Below are positions 20,300 through 32,700 of a stretch of DNA of 64,000 nucleotides, in pieces. The stretch is from an uncultured bacterium (lineage in GTDB: Bacteria > Omnitrophota > Gorgyraeia > Duberdicusellales > CBEUCJ01), in contig CBEUCJ010000005.1 in NCBI GenBank assembly GCA_965541615.1, forward strand, positions 110,251 through 174,250, read 5' to 3'. The position numbers and the translations under genes are program-made. The notes beneath the pieces are model-generated. The model was not told the origin of the DNA and did not search any database. It was given only the letters and a program-made list of their open reading frames with translations. Numbering within the stretch: the first letter of the stretch is position 1; each line of letters begins with the position of its first letter.

Positions 20300-21544
20300 T
20301 TAAAAATCAGCTACTATTTCTAAAGTTAAACCATCTCCTTTTAAATCAGGTCCTTTTAATTCATCCTGCCATCTGTATCCTAAACGAACCATAAAATGCT
20401 CCCAAGGAGAAAAGTTTAAACCTACTTCAAATGCTTGTCTTTTTCCATAGTGTTCATATTGACTTACGCTATCTGGACAATCTATGTTAGGGTCAAACCA
20501 TTGGTATCTAAATACAGGTTGTAAAAAGTTAATGCCAAATTGTTTTTCAATAATTTTATAACCTCCTACAATATAAAAAGCTCTTTGTTTAACTGTTCCT
20601 CCTGGCCAGATACCACTGAGACCAAGATCTGCATCAGCAGGTGCCTCAAATTTTAACTGAGCAAAACCAATCATTCCATCAAACTTTCCTCTACTAAAAA
20701 AGATTTCAGAAGTTAAATAATTAAAATCTCTATTGTCTTCTGCATCATATTTTCCTTGCATTCCTTCTACTCTTAATAAAAGTCCTTTAAAAGGTGAAAA
20801 ACCTATTCTCCAAGTAACAGGTTTATTATCATTATTATCATAAGACTGACGATTATGAGCATTAAACATTTCATATACATAACCATTTGAATTCATCGTA
20901 GCATAGCCTTTTGTTGTATAATCTCCTGGACCATTCGATACCATTAATCCATATTCTAAAAAAGCTTCTTTTTCTCCAATAGGTATTCTTCCTGTAACGC
21001 AAATTCCTGTATCCCACCAACCAGTAAATCTTAAAAACTTTTCATATACATATGGTTGCCAGGTCATAAAACGATATTTTGAAGTAGGATAATATACTAA
21101 TTCTTGTGAACCTAAAAGTACAAATTGCCTTCCCATAGATAAAATAAATTTGGATGATGGATGCCAAACTACACGACCTGCTCCTACTTTAAACTTACCT
21201 TTTAATCCTTTATACATCTCAAACTCACCTTCAATAAAAACCTGAGGATTCAATTCACTGATTATATCTACATAGAAACTATGTGGTAGAAAAGTGTTTT
21301 GTCCTGGAGCATAAGAAGAAGAACCTGTATTAGCATAATTTCCCTGGACATGGTCTTGTGCATTCCAGTATTGAGAACTTAAGAATCCATGGATTTCAGG
21401 TAATGAAGCTTCAAACCCATAAGGTAAACCTTTCTGAGCAAAAAGAATATCTCTTCCTTTGAGTTCTTCTTTACTTTCTTGACAAAATCCAACTAAAGAA
21501 AAGATTAAAATTCCAACTAAAAATACTCCTACTCTTTTACTCAT
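20300..21544 (-). CDS. putative outer-membrane beta-barrel (porin-like) protein
   Basis: Signal peptide; alternating amphipathic beta-strand pattern rich in Gly/Tyr; C-terminal residue Phe (LTLEIVADF), typical of OMPs. Confidence 0.45.
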   Translation of the reverse strand: MSKRVGVFLVGILIFSLVGFCQESKEELKGRDILFAQKGLPYGFEASLPEIHGFLSSQYWNAQDHVQGNYANTGSSSYAPGQNTFLPHSFYVDIISELNPQVFIEGEFEMYKGLKGKFKVGAGRVVWHPSSKFILSMGRQFVLLGSQELVYYPTSKYRFMTWQPYVYEKFLRFTGWWDTGICVTGRIPIGEKEAFLEYGLMVSNGPGDYTTKGYATMNSNGYVYEMFNAHNRQSYDNNDNKPVTWRIGFSPFKGLLLRVEGMQGKYDAEDNRDFNYLTSEIFFSRGKFDGMIGFAQLKFEAPADADLGLSGIWPGGTVKQRAFYIVGGYKIIEKQFGINFLQPVFRYQWFDPNIDCPDSVSQYEHYGKRQAFEVGLNFSPWEHFMVRLGYRWQDELKGPDLKGDGLTLEIVADF

Positions 21545-21954
21545 TACTCACCCCCTTCTTTTAAATCCTCTACATATTTAATAGCCTTTGCTTTTAAAAC
21601 GACTTTACCAAATAATCTATTAATTTTTCTTTTTGGAAGACTCCACACTAACTCACTTTCTGCATAATGACCTATTTTGGCTTCTTCTAATTTTTTGCCT
21701 CCTTTTTCAAATTCTAAATCCATTAAAGCATCTGCTCCTATTTGAGAAGCTTTTCTCTTTAAAAGTTTTAAAAAATCTTCTTTACTCATCCATTCATTAC
21801 CTTCTACTTGAATTACACCTAACACTTTATAGGGTTTATTAGGAGGAGAAGTTAGTATTTTAACTTCAGGACTTTCTTGTAGATGAGGAAAATAAGTTAC
21901 TTTAGGCACACAGCCTATCATTAAAAATATTATACAAATTTTTAAAACTTTCAT
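21544..21954 (-). CDS. small lipoprotein (lipobox LMIGC)
   Basis: MKVLKICIIFLMIGCVPK signal/lipobox. Start codon ~18 nt downstream of a perfect promoter, with no SD sequence. Confidence 0.5.
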   Translation of the reverse strand: MKVLKICIIFLMIGCVPKVTYFPHLQESPEVKILTSPPNKPYKVLGVIQVEGNEWMSKEDFLKLLKRKASQIGADALMDLEFEKGGKKLEEAKIGHYAESELVWSLPKRKINRLFGKVVLKAKAIKYVEDLKEGGE

Positions 21955-21971
21955 AAATAAATTTTTTAAAA

Positions 21972-22000
21972 ATTATCCCAAAATATTTTTCAATAGTCAA
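21972..22000 (-). promoter_or_regulatory. sigma-70-like promoter (TTGACT-17-GATAAT) for the lipoprotein/porin/MCP transcription unit
   Basis: rc of 21995-22000 is TTGACT; exact 17-nt spacer; rc of 21972-21977 is GATAAT; ATG at 21952-21954. Confidence 0.5.
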
Positions 22001-22042
22001 GTATTTTAAATCAGATTTTTATGAAAAACTTTTTAAAAGAAT

Positions 22043-23014
22043 TTAAAATTCTATCAATCTTCTTCCTTTATAAAAGACCTTCTTATTATACTTAAATTTG
22101 CTGATTAATTTTTTCTCAAGAAGAAATTGCAAAATCCTTTTTAACTTTTTTGAATCAATGTCAAACAATATTTCCAATTCTTTAAAAGTTAAAGGTCTTC
22201 TATTAAGGAGATTCAAAATTTTATTTTCAGTATCTTTTTTTATTCCTAATTGGAAGGGTACTTTTTTTTGGAAGATAAGTTCTGCTCTTTCTAATCCTAA
22301 ATTTTTTAAAAATTGAGAGATATTTTTTTTAAGAGGAGGTTTTACCCATCTTTCAGCAGGTACTCTTACAGGTAAATTTATCTGTATCTTATCAGGATTT
22401 ATTTTAGAGATGATCTTTTTGAATTTCTGTGCATGAGAACTACTATCATTTAAATCTCTTATTAGCATAATTTCGAGCCAAATTTCTCCTTTAAACTCTT
22501 TCCTCAATTCAATTAAACCTTCAATGATTTTTTCAAATTTTAGTTTTTCATGAGGTCTGTTTATTTTTATAAAAGTTTCTTTATCTGGAGCATCTAAAGA
22601 TGGAATTATTAAATCAAAGTCTTTAACTTCTTTTCTTACTTTTTTAAGATAAAATAGACTCCCATTAGTTAAAAGACAGCAAGGCTTATTTGAATATTTT
22701 TTTATTATCTTTAAAATTTTAGAGATTTGAGAATTAAGCAGAGGTTCTCCACTTCCAGAAAAGGTTATAAAGTCTATTTTTTTCTCTGAATTTAATTTTC
22801 TTTTAAGTTCTATTTTAAATCTTTCTAAATCTATGTATTTATTTCTTTTAAGGATTTTCTTTAAAGTCTTACCTAACTGACAGTAAACACAATCAAAGGT
22901 GCAAGTCTTAAATGGAACTACATCTACTCCTAAAGAAAAACCTAATCTTCTTGAAAATACAGGTCCATACAGGTATTTAAAATCTTTAAATTTATTTTCC
23001 ATTTTTTTTCTCAA
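22043..23014 (-). CDS. radical SAM enzyme with C-terminal winged-helix-like domain
   Basis: CTFDCVYCQLG (CxxxCxxC), FSGSGEPLL. The C-terminal 90 aa is helical and basic. Confidence 0.65.
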   Translation of the reverse strand: MRKKMENKFKDFKYLYGPVFSRRLGFSLGVDVVPFKTCTFDCVYCQLGKTLKKILKRNKYIDLERFKIELKRKLNSEKKIDFITFSGSGEPLLNSQISKILKIIKKYSNKPCCLLTNGSLFYLKKVRKEVKDFDLIIPSLDAPDKETFIKINRPHEKLKFEKIIEGLIELRKEFKGEIWLEIMLIRDLNDSSSHAQKFKKIISKINPDKIQINLPVRVPAERWVKPPLKKNISQFLKNLGLERAELIFQKKVPFQLGIKKDTENKILNLLNRRPLTFKELEILFDIDSKKLKRILQFLLEKKLISKFKYNKKVFYKGRRLIEF

Positions 23015-23654
23015 GCTGAGCCAAATATAAAGCTAATATCTCTGCTAATTCTTTATTTAATTTTTTTAAAATCTCAATTTCTTTTAAAGCTAATTTCTTT
23101 TCTTTATTCAAAGAGTAAACTACACCTAAACTAAAATGGACAAAAGCATCAAATGGATCTATCTGAAGAGCTTTTTTAAAATAATAGATAGATAATTTAT
23201 AATTTTTTTTATATTTGAAATAAACCATCCCCAAACTTATGTAAGCTGATTTACAATTTGCATCTATGCTTATGGCTCTATTAAAATACTCAATTCCCTT
23301 ATCATACTCACCTAACCCTACATAAGCTCTACCTAAAGCAAGATAAGCTTCAATCTTATAAGGCATACTTTCTATCACTTTCTGAAATATTTTTATTGCT
23401 TCTTTAAATCTTTTATCTTTTAAAGCTTTCAAACCTTTCTCTATCAACTCACCTACACAAGGCTGTGTGGATTCTATCTTTTCAATCTCATCTTTCCAAA
23501 AAGTTAGAGGTACCCCTTCAAACATTACCTTTATGTATTTATCTGTTTTCTCAAAAATCTTTCCTTCAATTATCTTTCCAGATTTTAAATAGATTCTTTC
23601 TCCAAAAGAAGAAATTATAAAGAGACTAAAAAAGAAAAAAAATATCTTTTTCAT
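22992..23654 (-). CDS. secreted TPR-repeat protein
   Basis: Signal peptide then about 4 TPR units (AYLALGRAYVGLGEYDKGIEYFNRAI...). Overlaps the radical-SAM start by 23 nt. Confidence 0.6.
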   Translation of the reverse strand: MKKIFFFFFSLFIISSFGERIYLKSGKIIEGKIFEKTDKYIKVMFEGVPLTFWKDEIEKIESTQPCVGELIEKGLKALKDKRFKEAIKIFQKVIESMPYKIEAYLALGRAYVGLGEYDKGIEYFNRAISIDANCKSAYISLGMVYFKYKKNYKLSIYYFKKALQIDPFDAFVHFSLGVVYSLNKEKKLALKEIEILKKLNKELAEILALYLAQLEKKNGK

Positions 23655-23727
23655 CTTATTTATTGCTCTCTACTCTATTTTTCTTTATACTTCTATTTTT
23701 AAGTTTGTAAAGAAAAATTATTGATTT

Positions 23728-26700
23728 TTAGCTGAGGCAAGCTTTAAATTTTAAACAGAAAAGTTCACCTAACTTTTCTACTTCATAACCTTTTTCTCTT
23801 AATGCTTTTAAAAAGAGTTCAAGGTTATATTTATATCTTTCACATAGTTCTTCTAAAATTTTAATTATCTCTTTATACCTTTTTTCTATCTTTATAACCG
23901 TTGGGAAAAATTCTAAATCTATTTTGCCTTCTTCCCATCTGTAAATCGTGCATAAATTTGAAGGTAAATATATTTCTTTAAGTTGCAAAACTCCTCTGTA
24001 AATTTCATAAATACCAAAGATTAAGTCTTCTTCGGTAGGTAATGTATTTCCTTCTATTAGTATTCCTTTCTCTTTGAATACAAAAGTTAAGCTTTTCAGC
24101 TTCTTATAAATCTCAAATGGTGGAAAATGCAAAGATACATTGAATATCCTTCCAAAATCAAACTTTATATCTTTTTTATACCTTAACTCCTCAAAACTAC
24201 ATTCAATAAATTCTAAATTTTCAACTCCATAAAATCTTTTTGCAATCTCATAAGGATTAATAAGAATTTTTATTTCTTTGTTTAGTAAGATCTTCTCAGG
24301 CTCTGTCTTATCTATTATTTTAAAAAGACTTATATCTTTTAAACGCAACTTTCTATTAATCTCATTTATTAAATTAATTACTTGTTGGTAATCTAGTTCA
24401 TAAGGTGGCTTTAGTAAATTTCCTTTAAAAATTTGTTGCTCCCTTAATTCTTCTAATAAAAAAATCTCTTTCTTCTGATTAAAAACAAGCCAAAATACTC
24501 TCCAATTCTTTTCATATCTTATAGCTATCTGAGGTATAATTAAATCTATGCCATAAACTTGGAGTTGTGGGAATCTTTTTGCTAACTCTAAAGTGGTAGC
24601 AGGTACCAATAAATCATTTTCTTCATCTACACAACAACCTACCCCAATATCTACAAATGTGCCTTTAATATCTTTCCCATAATGAGCTTCAAACCAATCA
24701 TCGGCTGCTTTCAGTCTTTGAGGATAAGTAGTTAAAGGAACTGAACAGTTTTGAGGATTCAATTTGCAATTGAAAAGAATTATAGCTCCATTAAGCATGT
24801 ATAAAAGTCTTGCATAAAATAATAACTGTTCATCAAGACTTGAAAAAGTAAATTTTTGTGATTTGGGATCATATTCTACTATATGACCCCATTTATCACT
24901 TTTTATCTTAAACTCCTCAACAAATCTTGCTTGAGAAACATATTTATCAATAGAACTCATAATATATTGAATATCAACATTGCTGAAACCTTCGTTTTTT
25001 AAAAGCTTTATTACCTCTTCTGAATTTATTTTTTCAGCTGAAAAACCAGGCAGATTGGTGGCATACACACCTTTACTCGTTTTAAACATCTCTACCTTAA
25101 TTTTTAATCCTTCTTTTTTACTAAAATAATTTATAACTGAGCTTAAAAATAACAATGTTCCACCATATACAAAGATATCTATGATTCTAACTTTATTGTA
25201 ACCAGTAATTTTCTCTTTAATCTCTAACCATACTTTAAAAGCTATCTCTTTAAAACTTTTGTCCTCTTTCATTCTCAATTCAAATTCATTATTGAGCTCT
25301 TTGAAGAATCTTTCTACATTTACTTTATAGCTACCTAATCTATGTTTTTCTATACGACTCTTTAAATAACTTTTGAAAATCATATCTTCCATTTTTTTAT
25401 AAACTGATTCTTCAAACTGCTTTTTTAGAGAATTAGAAATTTCTTTTTCTTCTTCATTAGTTAAACCTATAAATTCTAAAGGGACTCCCATTTTTATTCT
25501 ACTTAAATAAAAATAAGTCTCATTTTCTGAACCTACATTTATCCCTAATAATCTAAGTATCTTTTTAGAGAGCAAATAAAACATACCATCACGCATAATA
25601 TAAATCTCTAAAGCTCTGTCTTGAGGTAACTGCCAAACTACATATGGTAATAATCCATTACATAAAACAAATACTAAACACATACTTTTGGTTTGAAAAA
25701 ACCTTTTTTGCACTATATTTTTTAATCTTTCTTTCTCAAAGTATAATTTTTTGAATTCTGGACTTTTTTTATCTAAATCTTCAGAAAGTTTCTTAAATCT
25801 TTTTTCTATTAAAGATACTATTTGATAAGTTGTAAGAGGTATCTTATTTTCAATAGCTTTTTTAACTTCAGGTTCTTTTAAAAATTCTTCAAATACTTCT
25901 AAGTATTTTTCATAAGCCCAATCTTCATCTTTTTTTAGTGGACTAGAAGAAAAAACATTATTCTTTATTAGAATAGAATTTATCCTCTTCACAATTTGTT
26001 CTACACGTTGCTTACTAATTCCAAATCTTTCTCCAATCTTTTGTAAAGTAAATTCTCTATATCTCTTTTTGAATTCTCTAAACTCTTCATAAGGAATCTT
26101 ATATTTACAGAAGGCAGTTTCAAAATCGAGTTTAGAAATTGGATGCTGGAGAAAGAATTTTCTTTTTAACCATAGTTTATAGATTTCTTTATGTCTCTCA
26201 TTTATCTTCAGACCATTTTCTTTTAACTTCTCTTCAAAAATCCTTACTGCTTCTTTGAAATCTTCTTCTATTTCTCTCTCTATTTCTTTTAAGTTAACAT
26301 TTATTCTTTCTCTATCTCTTTTTTCTCTTTCTTTAAGCAAGTTAAATAATACTCTATTTGGATTTAACTGTAATTGAAGGTCTTCTATACTTAATTCTAT
26401 CTTTTCTTTTCTTTCTTTCTCTTTTAAGTACTCTCTTATTGCTCTTTCTATAATCAGAGTAGCATATGGAGAAAACTTTATGCCTCTTTTGGGATCAAAA
26501 CTTTCTATTGCTAAAATCAAACCATGCCGGAATTTTCCAGTCCCTTTATAAGGACATCCAAAGGTCCCTATATTAATTAATTCTGGTAGTTCTTCTGGAG
26601 GTCTTTTAAATCTTTTCTTAATTACCCATTTAACTAAGGGAATATTTAAAATTATTAAAGCAATTAAAGCAGCTTTATTACCTTTGTGTAATTCCTCAAT

Positions 26701-29700
26701 AAGCTTATTTAATTCTTCTTCTTTAAGCTTTCTGTTTCCTACTACTCTTATCTGACTTCTTTGAAAATCTATTAAGTCAGGAATAATTTCTTTTATTCTT
26801 TTCCAATCACAAAAGGTATAAATTATTTCTTTTCTTTTTTTTCTTTCTAATGGTTTTATACCTGCAGCTTTTAAAGCATTATGCCAAGAACCAAAAAAGA
26901 AATAAGCATAATGAGGAACATCTCTATATCCAGCTTTCTGCCATGATACACTATTTCTTGGATCTTTAACTTCTGGAGGTGGATTTTTTAACCATTCAAT
27001 AATTTTTTCTTTTGTCCATTTTTTAACAGGAGAAGATGTTTTTTTCTCTCTAAAAATAGATACTATATCTTTACAAGAAACCTCGATCTTTCTTTCTATC
27101 TCTTGCCACAGATTTTGGGAAAGCAAATCTTTTCCTTTTTCTTTAATCGAATCAAAATTTTTCTTTATATAATTAAATCTTAATAAAAACTTTTTAATAA
27201 ACCAATCTCTGGCTTTATCTTCTAAAGAAGGATTAAATTCTCTTAAAACATTTATAAATTTTTCTAACATAAATTTTTGTTCATTAAAATCTGGTTCTTT
27301 AATAGTAAAACTACTTACAAAATCTATGTTAAATATTTTGAGAGGATTAAATTCTATTCTTAAATTTGAAGGAGATCTATCAGCTATTCCTATTAGATAA
27401 GCACCTAAAGAAGCTTCTGCTAAAGAAAAAGAAAGCTCTTTGATAAATAGTTCATCTTTAAAATAAAAAGTATAGTATTTGTAAAATTCTTCAAGATCCA
27501 TTTTGCCTACATATTCAAGGATAAAATAATCATCTTCCTCTTCAAAAGAAGGCACATAAAAACCTAAAATTTTTAAAGCTTGCATGCCTTGCTTTGCCCG
27601 GCAGTAAGGCATTTCTTTTATCACAACTCTTTTTTTACCGTGTAAAGTTTTTAATTCTATTCCTACTGTCAAACTCTCATTTTCTTTCTTTAATATACCT
27701 TTGAAAAATAAAATCTTTACATGAGAAGTGGAGTATTTTTTCAATAAAATTTCTTTAATATCTTTTAAAAGATCTTTAAAATTAAGACTTGAAGAAGCTG
27801 AGATTTTATTTAATATCTCTTCTAATGTGTAAAAAGGACAGAAGCTAAATTCTTCAATATTGTATCCATTCATTTTCAATATCTTGTATTCTCCTTCTAT
27901 CTGTTGAGCGTAAGAAGTAATTATTATTTTTTGAGAAGGCAAAATAAAAATGCCTGCTGTGTCTATTTTTGTATTTGGAGGTTCATCTATTTTTATATTT
28001 TCTTTTTTTATTCCTTGCAAGATTAAATAATCTTGAAGTCTCCTAACAAACTCTCTTTTTTCTCTTACTTTACCTACCATTAATACCTTTGTATCCTCAC
28101 TAAAAATTTCTTCATCAAAAAATATGTAATCTCTCCATTCTTCTTTTAAATTTTCTATCTGAGCTTGAGGTTTAATATGAGAAAAAAAGATCTTTTTATT
28201 TTTGAGAAAAACTATACAGATGCACTCAGTAAAGATATCTTTGAAAGGAACTTCTATCTTAAGAAAACTTGATTCATGGAAACAGATAAAATCTGAATTA
28301 GAAAATTCATAAAAATTTATTTTTCTTAATTTTTGAAGAATACTCACTAAAACTTTTTCTTTTGATTTCAATATTTTTGAATAGAGATTTTCTAAAGAAT
28401 TTATGTTAGGTATCTCTTCTTCAAAGAAATAATCATCTAATCTAATTAAAATCCCTCTCTTTTTTTCAGGAAGTCTTAAAAAGATATCTTCTTTTTCAAT
28501 CTTACCTGTAAATACAATTTTTTCTTTCTTTATCTCATAGACTGGACCAAAAGCTTCTAAAGTTAGATGAAATCTATTAGAAATTCTCTTTATCTTTTCT
28601 TCTAAATCTTTAAGTTGTGAGAAAATCTCAACACCATACTTTGCTGTAAGAGTTATTGCTATATCGATATCTGAATGAGATTTCCATTCTCCTTTTGCAA
28701 AGCTTCCAGTAATATAGTAATTTTTAATAATTCTTTCTTTTTGATAAGAATTTAAAAGATTGAGTAACTCTACAAATTTAAAAGAGATTCTTTTTAATGG
28801 AGAAGAACTAAAATGAGATGAATTTTTTACATAAAAAGATTTTACCACAAATACAGGATAACATATCTCTTTATATAAAATCTGTTCATAATATTCTTTA
28901 TACAAAATATCTCCAAAATTCCTTACAAAATTATCCAAATCTTTATCTTCATCAGAATCTTTTTTAGTGCTAAATCCTGTGATTATAAAATACTCAGTCT
29001 GGAAAAATCTTTTCATTGCAAATTCTACAGTCTCTTTGAATTGAGTTTTAGAAATGTTTATTAAAATAATATGAGGTCTTATACTTAAAGAGAGTTTTTT
29101 AAAATCTTCATTTATAAATTCTATATTTTTTACATTATTCTTAAATGCTACTTTTTTAGAAAGTTCTACAAGCTCTTTATTTATCTCTACACCATAAACT
29201 TTTTTAGCTCCTAACTTTGAAGCTATAATACATAAATCTCCTCTACCAGAACCTATATCCAAAATGATCTTTCCTTTAAAAATATTCTTAAATTTAAGCA
29301 TAACTTTGATGATAGCTATAGTAGAAGGATGTAGATACCAAGCACCTGATTGTAAGTAAGGTAAAAATATTAATCTTTTGGCAGGTTGAGCTGTGGGGGT
29401 AAAGAGTAGCCAGTCAATTACTACTAATTTTTTAGTCTCTCCTTCAAAAAGCTCTTTGTTTTCTATAAAATGAAAGATCTTATTTTTATCTGCAAAAAGC
29501 TCTCCTTTCTTTAAATCTAAAGAGATCTTTTCAAAATCTTCTTTAATTTCTAACTCTATAAACCTTATTCCTCTTTCATTTAAATTCTCTTTTACTATCT
29601 TCTTTTCAGGACCAGAACTTTTAGAGATCAGAATACATTTAACATTTCTCTCTTTTATTTTCTGAAAAGTAAAATCTAAGAATTTCTTTATCTTTTCTTT

Positions 29701-32700
29701 TATCTCTTCATTTAAATTTGAATCTCTCTCTGAAGTGAAATTAAGATGGAGTAAAGCTCCTTCTTTTTCTTCACTATAAAAAACTAAGATTATATCTCCA
29801 TCAGAAAATTTGCTTTCAGTCAAATCTTTAAAACCTCTACCCACACAGAGCATATTAGTTAAACCCGTAATAGAAGGAGAAATAGGTGTGTAAGAATCTA
29901 AACAATACTTTTTAATAGCTGAACTTGCAAAAATTACATCTTTCCAATATTTTTGCAGATAATTTTTATTTCTTAAATTTTCCAGAGTCTTTAAAATCTT
30001 TACAAAGAATTGGTAACTGCTCTTTGAAGTATTTACTTTTTGTTTAGTATTCCATCTTACTAACCAGAAAAGCTTATGGAGGAATGCAAGTGCAATTAAG
30101 TAAGGGAAAGATTCTAATTCTAAATTATTTAAAGGATGTAAAGAAAGATTTTGATAAGTATTTATTAAATTTATAAAGCTATCAAATTCTAATTTCTCAT
30201 CTATCTCATAAAGATCTGTTCTGGTCAAATCATAAGCTCTTATCTCTTCTCTTGCTGTATCAAAATCAAAGACTCCAACTACTTCTTTATTAGAGAATTT
30301 AAGATTAGACAGAGTGTAATCTCCATGGATAATAGATTTAGGTAACTTTAAATAAGTCTTTTGAAATTTCTCTTTTAGTTCTTCTATTACTTTTAATATT
30401 AAAGGATAACTTTTGATTATTAACTCTTTAAAAGGTGAATCTTTTTCTTCTTTTACTCTCTTATAATAATTTTGGAAACGAATTAACCTTTTGTCTCTTC
30501 CTCCTTTAAAATTCATCAAAGGATCACATTCTCTATACGCAGAAGCTCTTAATAAATTGCGAGGAGATAAGAGTGTATAATGGTGTAATTGAGATAGTTT
30601 CCTTAAAGCATCTTTAAATTGTGAGGAATTTAGTTCTTGCAGAGAAAGAGTTCTTCCTTCTATATAAGTATAAAGAAAATAAATATTGTTATTAAATTCT
30701 GTGAAAGGTAAATTATATTTGTTCAAAATTATTTTGGGTAAAGGAAAGTTGGGATCTTTCTTATTAAGAAAACTTATCAAATAGTATTCTAAAATAGCTC
30801 CTTTTTCATCCCAAGGAGATTTTTTAAGCACAAATTTTTTTGTTTCTGTAATGATTAATACTATTCCTGATATATTTGAATCGACGGGCTGAATCTCTTT
30901 TATCTTATCCAATTTATAATAATCTGAAACTCGCTCTGCTTCCTGTAAACTATCAAAATGACAGATTCTGTGTCTGTGAATCTTTTCTTCTCTACTGATA
31001 GATGAACTTGCTCTTTTTGCTAACTGTTTTTGGGTAGAAATCTTTGAAGTTAAATCTATTGAAAGAGGTCTTCCATCTTTATCTAAAATTGGAAATCCAT
31101 CTTTTGTTTGTTTAAATATTATTTTTATAGGTTTACCTTTTCTAACTATAACATCTACAACTGCATTAGAATAACGAGGAGATTGAAATATAACTTTTCC
31201 TCCCAAATATAACTGTCCCCAAGAATTTAAAGTAAAATTACAAATTTTATGGTTAGTTAACTTCTTTAACTCTTGTGGAGTAACTTTTTTGTAAAAATAT
31301 CTTTCTGTTTCTTTTGAATCTAAGTTGTAAATGAGACTGGTATATTCCCATTTATTCTCAACAGGCCAATAAACCTTTGTTATTATTGCTTTCTCTAAAC
31401 TCTCTCCTTTCATTAATAAATGTGCGTAAGTGCTTTTTGTCTTAGTATTTGTAATCCATTTTCTACCAGCAAAATATATGCTTTTATTTTTCAATAGAGG
31501 AACAAACTCTAACCTTAAAAGATCTTGAACAGATCTTAACAATCTCTCTAAATCTGAACAGAATATAGTAGTTAAAAATGAATCTAAAAGTTTGCCTCTG
31601 GCCTCATCATAAGCTAAAATGAGTTGAATGTACCTTTTTGCTGATATTAAATAAAGAGCAGTTGTAATACCTTTATAAACGAATCGAATGTATTCTGTTC
31701 CAGGTTCAGCATCTTTTAATTTTGCAGTTTTTTTACCATTACCTATCTTTACTCTCTTGTCACTGCTAACTCTTTCTATTAAAGCGATCTTATCTTCTGA
31801 TTTTTTTGGGTATGGATTAGCTAAAACATATCCGTATTTTCTAGCAATCTCTTTGACTTTAGATGAATCTAAAGAAGAACTTGAATTTCTTCTTTTAGAT
31901 TCTTTTCTTGCTTGGAAAACTACTCTTTCCATAATTTTTTCATTAAAATCATTATTAAAATCGATAGGACTGCTGGTCTTGTAAGAAGTAGATTTAATTC
32001 TTTCTAAAACTTCTATAGGAAAGCCTTGCGTGCGGATTTTTTTCCATATTTTATTTAACTCTTGGAATATCTCTTCTTCATTAATACTATTTATCTTTAA
32101 TGTCTTGTGTAATTTTCTTATTTGAACTTTCCATTTTTCAGGATTAAATCCTTTTAAGATTAAGAGTGTTCTTTTTACAGCTTTAACCTTTTCATCAGAA
32201 TTAGATGAGTTAATATGTGAGAGACATCTATTCAATAATCCATTGAGTTCAAAAGGATTAATAAAAGAGCCAGAGGAAAAATAGAATGAGATTAGAATCT
32301 TTTCTTTTAAAGGAAATATTAACCATCTTCTTTGGAGATAAAAATCATCTCCTTCTTTTATTACTTTAGCATTTGTATTATATTTTTTGAGATAAAAATT
32401 CAGTGTCTTAATAATTTCTTTTAACACCTTTTTATCAAAGTAACCTAAACCTACTCTTACATCTAAATCTCCAAGTAATTCGTAAGGAACTTTTCTGTCT
32501 CCTAAAGCAAGGATACTTCCAAAGAGTTCTAATTCTATGTTTAAACTGTTCTCTGTTTCTTTGAGAATATCTTTTAGCAGTCTTACATTTAAAAATTTAT
32601 CTTCAAATATAGAAGAACTGGAATTCTTTTTGAGAATCTCTTCTAACACTTTTCTCACAAGGATCTTTATATTTGTTTTTTCCTTTAACTCCTCTTGAGA

